Shown here in pieces: positions 24,001 to 36,000 of a DNA stretch of 64,000 bases. Below the pieces are notes generated by a model. That model saw only the letters and a program-made list of their open reading frames with translations, did no database searches and was not told where the DNA came from. Positions within the stretch are counted from its first letter, which is position 1. Every line of letters begins with the position of its first letter. A program made the translations under genes and the position numbers. Source of the DNA: Podarcis cretensis (Eukaryota); the NCBI GenBank assembly GCA_951804945.1, contig OX638155.1, forward strand, positions 43,834,001 through 43,898,000. Reading direction: 5' to 3'.

Positions 24001-27000
24001 AAGCCCGAAGTCTCTACCATCACTATATAGATTAATTTCCAGGAACCTTCAGGGCCTGCAAACATTTTGCATTTCATTGAATATTTTGCTATCAGAAATG
24101 TCATGGAACATGCCTCTTGATCCCTGTTCCACTTCACTTTTAAATATGGTGTGGCATGTGAAGGTCTTTATGTGGTTGTATTTCATAATAATTTGCAGAA
24201 ATCTGTGTCTCCACCTGAATACAGTTGCCCTCAGGACTGGTTTACAAACCCTCTTCTTGGCAGTTTTTTTCTGTAAAGTTACTGAATGTTCCTAGGTGCT
24301 GCTGAATCTACCATGTATTTTGGAAGATGGTCTCTTTAGCTCATCTCTCTGAATTTGGACACCTCTTAAGAAAGCTTGCATGATGGTTCCTGAGATCAAG
24401 GAGCAGGTTTTTGTCTATTGATATAATTGGACACCATTTTTAATCAAAATGGCGTACTGAACCTTTCAAAACTGTGCAAATTTTCATCTCCAATTTCAAG
24501 ACGGTACTCACTGTTTTGTTTCTTAGAATTCCCAAGCAGTGCTGGGTCTGAGACAGCTAGTGTAATGTAACTCAGCATCAGTTCCAGAAACCTCTATACT
24601 AGCTGAGAATCATGAGTGGAAGGGTGCTCATGTGTCCAGTTTGTTGACATTGCATAGGCATCTGATTGGCCACTGTGAGAACAGAATGCAGGATTAGGTA
24701 GGCCTTTTCCAGCAGGGCTCTTCTTATGTTCATATGAAAGATGAAAGTTCTGCCTCTTACATCCAAAACAAAAACCAGTTTGTCCATTTCATTACTACTA
24801 CTTAGCCCTTCCAAGTATGTCTCTTGAATCTTTGATTACTCCCGTTGGTCATTGTGCTAATTTACTAATTTAATCCATAAATGGTTAATTGCAGAAAATG
24901 GGCTAGAAAATGAACTACTTGATCCATTAATGATGTCAGATACCAAATAGTGACTCTGGACAGCTTATTATAGTCTCAACTCAGTTGGCTTGGGTTTGAA
25001 TACAGAATCTCAAAATACACTTTATTAGGAAGCTTCCCACCCTTGTGTTTTACAGCAGATTTGCTTAAATGAATTTTCACTTGCAGGCAGCTTGCCAACA
25101 TGAGTACTAATAAGTAGCTTCTTAAGTATTGTATCTATTAGAGGACTTTCTGAAAGATGGGATTCAGTACTAGAAATGTTCCCTATGCGAATGCACCACA
25201 GGAAGCGTTTTAAAATTATGCTCCTCTGTGAAGTAATCACATAGCAACTTACTGTGTTGTGAAGTAGAAAGGAAGTAAGAAAGAGCACTTCAGGAAACAA
25301 GCTGCAGATGATAAAAAAACAGGAGGATGTTGTATTGCTGTGCAAGCATTGTATTTTAGCAACTACACACAAAACTAAAATAATAAATAGAATTTACTAA
25401 ATGAAGGAAATAAGAGGTAGTATAAATTAAATCAGGGCTTCCCAAACTTGAGTCTCCAACTGCTTTGGTCTGCAACTCCCATCTTCCCTAGCTGGTAGGA
25501 TAGGAACAGTTGTCAGGGATGATGGGAATTGTCGTCCAAAAACAGCTGGAGACCCACGTTTAGGAAACCCTGAATTCGACTAAACAGATCATTGCCCTGA
25601 AATTTCCCCAGATAACCTAATGTGATCTGACCAAGGCAAAATAGAGCGGTACTATGACTTCCCTTGATTAGGACACTAGACTTCTGTTGATGCATAATTC
25701 TTTTTTTGCTGTTTACTCATGTTAAGTTAGGGTCTACTAAGACCCCTAAATCCTTTTCACAAGGTACTACTGGTAAGCCAGGTTTCCCCCATTTATGCAG
25801 CTGGCTCTTCCTGCCTAAAACCTTACATTTGTCCCTATTAAAATTCATTTTGTTCATTTGGACCCAGTTCTCCAATCTATTAAGGTCAGTTTGAACTAGG
25901 TCTGAGCTCTAACTACCTACCTCATTTTATGCTTGTTTTGATAAGTAGATGAAAGTGCTTTCCATCGCATTCTTAGTTACTTGTACACATTTATATTGCT
26001 TTAAAGCCATAATTGTCTCTGCTGCTTTTCTTCCTTTGCCTTTACAGTCATCTGCTGTGTTCCCTGTGCTTCAAATCTTATTTAATCTTTAATCTTATTC
26101 CCTGTACTGACTAACATGTTGGTTTTTTAATGCCACAGTACTACATTGGATGTGATTACATAATAAATGTTCATAAAAATCACATGGGTTGTCACAGCCA
26201 GTGTCATATAATGCACATGTTGCATTAGAGAGAACAGCATGACATTTCTCGTGTAATGGTTTGGTAGGCGCCAGGTTTTAGGTAGTGTGAGAGAGATACA
26301 TTTTGATTTGAACCGGGGGAGTTGGGGGAGTTTCAACTGAATGGGAAAGGAGCCAAAAGCAATGTGTTTTGGTATTGATGCTAACCGAGGTATGATTCAC
26401 ATGAAGTTGCAGAGTCAGACAAGGATAAAAGCCCCCAAATTATTCTATACCTGAATGACATTTATTTCCTTAAAGTTTCACAATAAATTCTTTCACTTTC
26501 AGGACCTAAAAAAATGGTCCTGAAATTGCAGTATCTAGTTCCTTTGGATAATTGAACCCTACCTCACAACTCTCTCACCTTCACATCACACAATATTACC
26601 AGTCATCTTTTAAAATTCTTTGCAAAAGCATTAGTCCCTTAATCAGAATCATACCTGAGAGGCTGCTTTCCAAACTGTCTTAAAATCAAATATCACCTCA
26701 ACTGTGAGTTCACTACACCAGGGTAGACAGACTTAAGGCTTGCAAAATATACTGTATTTTTTACTAAACCCCAAGATCTACTCAAAGCTGCCTAGTGCAA
26801 GAGGCAGGCACATAAAATAATTTGGGGCCTAGGAATCCTGGATGGAGCTCACAATCTTTCACACAAAACTCTAATTTGGGTTACCCCAAGCTTTCTACAT
26901 TTCAGCAGTATAATTTAGGGTGGCAGGGAGAGGTATCAGTTTGTTGCTTTTATTCACACGCAATTGGGAATCAGAAGCCCATGCCAATCTACTGCTAAGC

Positions 27001-30000
27001 ATGTACAAGTAGATCTAGATCTAATTTCTGCCCACTGTGACACTAGACAGCCTTTAGGAAGTTTCTCTATCTCTCCTTTCCTTCCCCATTCCCCTCAAAT
27101 TGGAGATAATAAAATTGGCATCTCTTTAAGGATGTCACAAGAATGAATAAAGTAGTGAATAGATAAATAGTTAAGCATTCAGTGTATGTTATCATTACTA
27201 TTATTAATTATATGGATGCTTTTATTATTCCTTATATGGCTACATGCATTTCATGTCACCAAACCTTGCTTAGTTGTGCCTAGCAAATCCTAATTCAGTC
27301 ACCAGTTAGTTCCCAGTGTCTCGGTTCTTATAGTTGCATATTTAACACTGAAGCTTTGTTTGGTTTCTTCAAAAGAAGATTCTGCTCCCCCCCCCCCCGG
27401 AGTCTTTTGAAAAGCCTAAAAACCTAGGCAGAACATAACTAACACAGTGACCCCTGTCTCAAATGGCAATTGGCCAGAAACAATGGCTTCCCCAGGATGA
27501 ATTGCTTCTTTCAGCTCTTTGCTGAATATAACAACCACTAATACAGCTGACTGTGTAGCAGGAGGAGAACCATACAGTCAACTTTGTCTGTTGGCCACTG
27601 CTGATGCCTATAGTCTATGGTGGTCAATTTGTGCAGTTACAAGAACAGAAGAAAATATGTAATGAGATAAAGCTCCATAACTACTTTAAATACTCTGGAT
27701 GTATAAATTAGCAGAATTTGCATATCATGAACATACAGGTCTTTGAATCAGCTGTGAGTAGACAATACTATATATACCCCTACATTGTTACTATCAAAAT
27801 ATGCAAGATTTTAGAAAGCAAATGAAAAATGCTGATGTAAGGGCTCAGAGTGAGCCTATTTAAAGGACCTAACTTAGTCAGATTCATTAATTTCATTGGC
27901 TCTGCTCTGAGTAAAATTTAGTTGAATACCAACCAAAGACATAATCATGAAAATTAAAAGTCAAATAAATTTTTGGTTTCTTTTTTTAGTTATTTTTGTT
28001 TCACATTTTCAAAACTATTTATGACGGCTGAAAGTTTGTTTTCAGATTCACACCAAAGAATTAGGACCGCCATGTAAGAGAATTGTAGCTTCTCAGTTTT
28101 ACTTTATGTTATAACTAAAATATAATAAACAATGTGAATGCAATAAACACAATTAAATTAAATAGAACTGAGAAACATCAGTTCTCAGCACATTTTGAAG
28201 AAATAACCTTTCATATTTAAAGGCATGAGTTGGCTCCATAAGATGATGGATTTCTGAAATTATGAAGTTAAAATAAGGAATAATGCCTTGAATTGTTTCT
28301 AAAGTGCAGGAAGAAAGAGGTTACCAAGATGTGGGGAGTGTTAGGAAGGAAGAGAAATATCTAGCAATGTAAGAAGCCAGATAGTACTCCCTGGTTTTTT
28401 TAGGGGCCAAATAATGCTGCAAGAGTCCACATGGTTGCAGAAAGAAGTAAAGGGTTTCCTTGGTAGCCTCCAAATGTGTACTGCCTGTTCACCTATTTAC
28501 TATTATCTTCGAGTATGCATGTTTGGAAACCCTAATGGAACTGCATCTTGCACTGTCCTACAGCTTTCATTTAGAACAGGGGTCAGCAACCTAAGGCCCA
28601 TGGGCCAAAAGCGGCCCGTGAAGGTCGTTTGACTGGCCCACAAGCTGCCCCCAAACCGAGCTGCCCACTCGCGTTTTGCGCTAAACCGGCGCAGCGCGGG
28701 GACTCACTTCTGCGGCTCTGGAAATTGCGCATGCGCAGACGCCAGAAATTATGGGGGCATGCGCTCTGGCCCACGGAGGGATCTCCATGGGACCGATCCA
28801 GTGCAGGCAAGATAAACCTTGCTGACCCCTGACTTAGAGCATTGTTAGGATGTTTTTTCATAAGCTCGGAACAGCTTACAAAGCAGATTACATGCCATCA
28901 TCAGGGTAAAATACTAAAAGCAATAAAAATGCAGCATAAAACCAGAGTCTGTGTATTCCCAAAGTTTACCTAACAGATTTATTCCATCCTTAACCAGAAG
29001 TGTGTTGTAATTCTTTCTGAAACCATTTAAAGACTTTACACCTTAGCAGCAAGATCATTCCATAGCAACAGGGCATTTCTGTAAAGGCTCTGCTTCCATC
29101 AGTGAAGGTTCTCAACTGCTGTGTTAATGGAATATGAAGCAGGGTGTGGGGGAAGTACTACTACACCACTGAAATGTTTGTGTAATGGGTGTAGAACAAG
29201 TTTTTGACCTGTTTGCCCCCTTCCTTACATGCACAGCACAAGTGGAGGTGCTCTCTGCTGCCCTTCGAGCCTCAAGCCTGGACCCCCAGGAGGAAACGAC
29301 AGCAGGCATTGGCAAGTCAGTGGATTCTCAGAATGAGCTGAGCATCAAAGATCACCTGAGCTTTACATCCATTCAGGATGACCCAGTGCCTTTAATCAAT
29401 GATACTGCTGAGGTAAATATTTGGCTGCTATGAATTTTATCACTTGAGCACCTGTCAGTTAATGTCAGAAAACAAGTAACTTCATTTTCATATGCTTTGG
29501 ATTTACTTTTGAGTAAATATGCATTGGATAGTGCTGCAGAGTATGCCTGCATTGTAAGTTGTTGTTTTTAACTTTCCACCACAGGACATTGTAGAATCTG
29601 CTCTGCGTTATATTCATAATGATTCCGACTTTAGCACTAATAGTAGTTTCAGCCCTGAAGAAGAAAAAAAATCTAAAATTCAGGTATTTTTAAAGAGTTT
29701 TCTCCTTGTACAACTTAAAAGTAATTTTACATGTAGTATATGATCCGACACTTGTAAGTATAATTTTTACTTTGCTTAAATTGTGCACTGTAAGTTTCTC
29801 TCTCTTTTTTAAAGAGTTCTGAACTTCGAAATTGAAAATTGAAACCTGAGCCTCCTCACTCAGACTACTGTTGTCCCCTTGAGAGCATCATCAGTTGCAA
29901 ATCTGACCTGTACATGCAGTTGGCAAGAATTTCTATTACAGTAACTGCACACCGGTCTAGTGAGTGTGAGAGAGAGATGGCTTGTACTATGTACAAGCTT

Positions 30001-33000
30001 TTCTGTTTCCCTTTTGCCTTAATGGCTTCAGGCACCTGTAAGCAAAACAGAAACATCCTAGCCCATATAGTCAGCAAGGTGGTAGCTAATCCCGTTGCCC
30101 TGAGTCACCGTTTCCCTTGTACTCTGTACTCTCAGGACCTAGGGCACATGTGGCAGCCTTGACCCATGGGGGCTGCACATGACTCCCATCCTCATTTTGT
30201 GGCTTCTCCCTCAACTGTCATCAGCAGGCGTCCTATTGGACTGCAGGAGAGGGAGGGAGATGGGACTGCAGGGCCCCTCCATCAGCTCTGTTGAAAGGTG
30301 AGCAACTTCGCTCCTGCTCTCCTTAAAAAGTTCCCATTTATACTTGTAACAAGTTGGTTATTAGAAGAATAATGTAACCTAAGAAATAGTACTTGAATTT
30401 TCTTTTTAATTCTCTTTCCCTGCAGTCTTAACATTTTTAATTAATTATTTTTTATGGCGATGTAGTTTTTTCAGAACATACGCTTAAATTCATATGCTTT
30501 GTGTTTTAGGACATTGTACCTCAGGCCTTGCTGGACCAGTATTTATCCATGACTGATCCCTCTCGAGCTCAGACTGTTGATACAGAGATTGCAAAGCACT
30601 GTGCCTACAGCCTTCCAGGTGTGGCACTTACTTTAGGTAGACAGAACTGGCACTGTCTGAAAGATACTTATGAGACGTTAGCCTCTGACATGCAGGTAAT
30701 GTTATAGCTCTTTATAAGACCTGAAAGTACTTAGATACAATGTGCAATTTGAAATTGTATGCTTTGGCTTCTCTAGTCTTCCAGAACGAGTCTGAGGTTC
30801 TTAATGTAATGGGAAAGCAGAAATGTTTCTCATTACTATAGCATTCTTGATGTTTTTCCTGAGAATAGGGATATCTGAGGGGAAGGGGTGGTAACTACTT
30901 GTGTCCTGGAAGGAGAATTTGCACATGTCTTTATCGTATTTTTCTTTCCAGGGGAGGAATCCTATACATAGTAGGCTAGTGTAAAGCAAACCAGTGTAAA
31001 TTAAGCTGGCATAAAATTACTCCAGATCCAAACTCCATTCAGCAGCAAGGCTGTTGCTGGCTAAGTCAGCTTAAGGCTGACAAAGGGAAAGTAAGCCTTT
31101 AAAATAGTATTTGAGTTACACCATCCTGTTTACTGGCTTAATTTACACCGGGTTGCCAGATTACATGACCAAGATGATCAGGCTTAGGATCCAGCCCCTG
31201 TCACACCCCTTTTCCAGGGCTTATGCTGGTTTAAGATCTACTAGGCTTGGCTTAGCCAACTGAGCTCCATCTGGGCTAGAATGGGGAATACAATCTGGCA
31301 GATCTCTGGCTGAGGTGAAGAGGAAGGAGTTAAGCAGTGTAGCCTGGCTGTACTGGGGACCTCCCAGTTCAGCCAGAGATCTGCTGAATCCTAACCTACT
31401 CATTCCGACAGATCTTGCTGTAAGATTGCTCTGTAAACCATAAGTAACCTGTTGGATTTCTTTTCTCCATTTACACTGATCAACTAATAGATTTGCTGTA
31501 GGAACAGCTTGCTCTAATATAATTTCTGAAACCCCCCAGCATTTTTCCTTTTTGAATTCAGTGCAATGAATCTGCTAAACTCATAAAATAATTCAAAGGA
31601 AGGATTAGAAAAGAACTTTGCTCTGTGCCAACATTTATCCCAAGAGTTTGCAATAGCATTCATACAAGGCCAGAGTTTACCAGCTGTATGGGAGTAATCT
31701 TATTATGTCTAAAATTCTAGGCAAATCAGTAAAATAGAATTATGAGCACAATTGTGTGTTGTTTCGCAGTGGTGAAGAGAGCCTAGGATTGTACTTCAGA
31801 CACCTATGCAAGGGATGCCTGATCCTTTGGCTGTGGTGTTAGAATTTTGAAAAGGTTCCTCCTCTGCTGGGTTTGCAGGAACACAAAAGGTCTTCTGGGG
31901 AACTGGTAGAGGAAGTTAGGACATCTTTTGTTTTCTCCTGTTACCCCTCCCCCAAAAGTTATAATAAAGGATTGAATGGAATGAGAACATGCTTAACATA
32001 TTTTTTGTTTAGGAAAGCCGATCCAAATAATTTCTATTTTGTATAAACTGCTTAGAGCTGTGGTTTTTTTGATTAAGTGGTATATAAATCTCTATATATT
32101 ATCACTCAAATAAAAAGTTCGTCTCCAGCCCCTTTCTCAGCAGTAAATAGTAACTGCATTAATATGTTAACTGATTGTAAGTTAACTGATTAATTGTAAC
32201 ATGGTAGCAGAACCAGATATGAGAGATGCTTGGCTTTTTGCTGAAAACAGCCCCACATCTCCTCTGTTTCCAGTAATATCCAATAAATAAAAATGCATAA
32301 TGTGATTTAATTGCATTGAAAATTTTGTTAGGCCAGGGTAGACTTGCCAGTGCACTATGATGTCCAACATGGGTTTTATGTTACTAGACTTCACCAGCGG
32401 AAAGAAGAGATGCATGGAAGCAACCACGTCTCCTTTTTGTCTTGTTCCAGCCTTCAAATCAAGCTGTACTCTTGGCTGTGCAACAAATCTAACCCTAACA
32501 TTGAATAAGTTGTATGACTTGCTAACAAGTTGGCCTTGTGCATTGTTTCCTCTTAGTGGAAAGTTCGAAGAACATTGGCATTTTCTATACATGAACTTGC
32601 AGTCATTCTTGGAGACCAGCTTACAGCTGGTGATCTGGTTCCAGTCTTCAATGGCTTCTTAAAGGACCTTGATGAAGTCAGAATTGGTGTGCTTAAGCAT
32701 CTGCATGATTTTCTGAAGGTACATACTCCTTTTATGCATACAAAATAATCATCCCTTTTCCTCCTCCCTGTATGCATACTTATGTGGTGACAGATAATTA
32801 AATTTATAAACTTTTAGTATTTAGTAAAACTTGATGGATATCATGTGATGAAACCGAAGATGTGTTTAATTTCTGCCATCATTCACAATGTATATTGCAT
32901 TACTGTCTTGTTCCAGGATATTTCATAGAAATTCTGGAATAGCCTCATTTTTTGTTAGACTATATTCAACTATAATTTGATAAACTACAATCAACTATAA

Positions 33001-36000
33001 TTTGTATGGTTCTGAAAACATTCATCTTTATTTTTCCAGCTTCTTCACCCTGATAAAAGGCGGGAATATCTGTACCAGCTTCAGGAATTCTTAGTCACCG
33101 ATAACAGCAGGAACTGGCGTTTCCGAGCAGAACTTGCTGAGTAAGTTTTAGTAGTAAACTATGCTGTCTAAATGCTAGACCTGATTATTATTAATATAGA
33201 ATTACAATACCACTTCTGTTTGGGCAGAGTTTAGGTTCTGAGAAGACCCACTAGCTGCTTGTTTTTTATTCCACTTGCCAGATGAGAGGCTGAAACTTAG
33301 GGTCTATGTATAGTTAAGTAAAAAGTAATTTTTTTGTGTTCAGTGGGACTTAGTCCCAAGAAAATTCAACTCATTGGAATTTATTGCTGAGTAAGCATGC
33401 TTGGAATTGTAGTGTGTGGATCTTTTAGATCTAAGAAAGAGCAGAACCAAACCTCTCCACCCCATCAGCAGCACAAGGGCATGCTCCATTTCAGCTCCAG
33501 AAAGAGGCTGCTGAGGTGCCTTATAATGAATGAACACTCCAGCAGCAATTGGTGGCCATTAGAGCAGGTGGTAAGATACCGGGAGTTCCTCCTGCACTGT
33601 AGCTTTTCTTCAGAGAGACTACTCAATCAGGCTGGAACCCACATCTCTGCTCTTCTATGCCAGTGTGGTGTGTAGAGCCAGTGTGGTGTAGTGGTTAAGA
33701 GCAGTGGACTCGTAATCTGGTGAACTGGGTTCGATTCCCCACTCCTCCACATGCAGCTGCTGGGTGACCTTGAGCTAGTCACACTTCTCTCTGAAGTGTC
33801 TCAGCCTCACTCCCCTCACAGAGTGTGGTGTTGTAGGGGAGGAGGGGAAGGGAGATTAGCCGCTTTCAGACTCCTTAGGGTAGTGATAAAGCGGGGTCGT
33901 CTTCTTCTTCTTCTTCTTCTTCTTCTTCTTCTTCTTCTTCTTGGAATATTCATCTTTGCTTGCAGCACATAGCTTCATTTTCATGATTGGTTAGCAATTT
34001 TAAGTCCTTTGTTTATTTTATTTTTGTAGGCAGCTGATCTTGCTTCTAGATCTGTATAGTGCCAGAGACATATACGATTACCTCCGACCTATTGCTCTCA
34101 GTCTTTGTGCAGACAAGGTTTCCTCTGTTCGTTGGATTTCCTTCAAACTGGTATGAACTATAATGTAAACGTTAAAAATGGAATTTGACTTAGTAACCAT
34201 TTTAGCAGGTAATCCATGTATTGGGTTCTTTGCGTATTTTCTAGGTTAGTGAAATGGTAAAGAAGCTGTATAGTGCTCCACCGCCAACATTTGTGGTCGA
34301 TCTCATGAATGAACTGGTTGAAACGTTCTGCAGGTGCCAAAAGTGGTCTGGCAGGCAAACGTTCGCCTTTATTTGCCAGGTAAGAGATTCATGATTTTTT
34401 CTTATTTTCTTGACATGTAAGCCACTGCTACAAAGTTACAAGTTTTTCCATTTTCAACACTGAATTATTTCTGGATTCCAGAGTTTGATCATGGGTACAA
34501 TAGGAAGTTAGTAAGAGTAGCTAACTGGATAGTATTTGTGAACTCTGCTCCTTACAAAAAGATAAAGAGCTTTTGGAGGTTGAGCCTAATGATGATTATC
34601 ATTCTCTTGTCCTAATTTAATGTGTGTTATCCAAAAATATGTCTCCTTGAAGCTTTCCATGTGGATGGCTAGCTGTGTGTATCAGTGGAGAAGGGGGATG
34701 GGTGGGGAGCAGCCCCAAATACAAGAAAGCAAAAAGAAGAGAGCTTCAAAATGACCCTATAGAATATATTTTATTGCTATTTTAGAGGCTTTGTTCCTGC
34801 TTTTTGGGGAAGTCTAAAACAGTTACTTTATCTTCTTTTCAGACTATCATAGAAGATGACTGCCTACCAATGGATCAGTTTGCTGAGCATCTATTGCCCC
34901 ATTTACTGCTCTTGGCCTCAGATAGAGTTCCAAACGTTCGAGTCCTACTTGCAAAAACATTAAGGCAAACGCTTCTAGAGAAAGGTTTGTGGACTCAAGT
35001 ACTCTTGCTGCATTTCCTGCTCTGTAGAAATCACACATTTCCTGTGTGCATCCTTACAGTGTAGTATTAGCTAGTAAATGTACTCTCATGCCATTGTTTT
35101 TTCCTCAAGCACATCTTTTGTTCTGGACTGGTTCCTGATGTTTGAAATACTTGTGACAAGGGATGAAAAAAAGTTAACATCTAGGAGGTTGTGAGAATTT
35201 CCTAGGTACCAGACTGGAAGCAGAAATGGAAATTCTAACACAGGAAGCATCCAAGAAAGGTTCCTCATCACATGGAAAAACTCTTTAAGATTCTGTGCAT
35301 CTTCTAGAGCAGGAGTGGCTAACTTTTTTGGCCTAAGAGTTGCATTCAGCCTTGGCCAGTACTTCAGGGTCTACATTAGCTGAGAACGGGGGTTATGGCC
35401 GCCTCTCTGCATGATTTGCATTCCTATCAGGGTGCAGGGCTTTGTTCACTTCAGCACAGTCTCTATTCTCCCCTTCCTTTTTGCCACTGACACCAAAACT
35501 GATGCAATCCTAGAGGACCAGAAAAGTTGCTGGGGCAGGCCAGGTCAGCTACCCATAGAGGAATCATATCCAATTGGCAGGAGTTTTCACTTGAGACATG
35601 GCTGAAAAACGTAAAGAGGTGCTGGTAGTATTATTTATTCTGCTTGCATTCTACACCTTTGCAGCCATTTATGCACCATAGTTAAAACGTATAAAAACTA
35701 CAAAACCAAAACAACAGCACGAGACAACAAACACATTGGTAACACTGCTAGGTCCAGGGTATTGAAGCTTGGGTGAAGAAGTATGCGTTAGCAGCACAGG
35801 GGACAACTGCCATTCCCCAGGGAAAGAATTCCACCATTGGGGCATTGCCCTGTGTTGTGCCACATTATCAAGGACCATGCCCATTGGTGGGATCAAGAGC
35901 AGGGTCTCCCCTCCTGATCTCAAAACAAAGGTCAGTAGGTAAGGGACAGGCATTCCTTTAAGTACTTGGGTCCTAAGCTGTACACAGTAGGTCACAGGCA

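Noticed and set aside
29583-30518. PPP4R1 exons 13 and 14 both begin ag|GACATTGTA
   Set aside because: Identity ends after 9 exonic nt and both exons are required by protein homology. There is no sign of exon duplication or mutual exclusivity.
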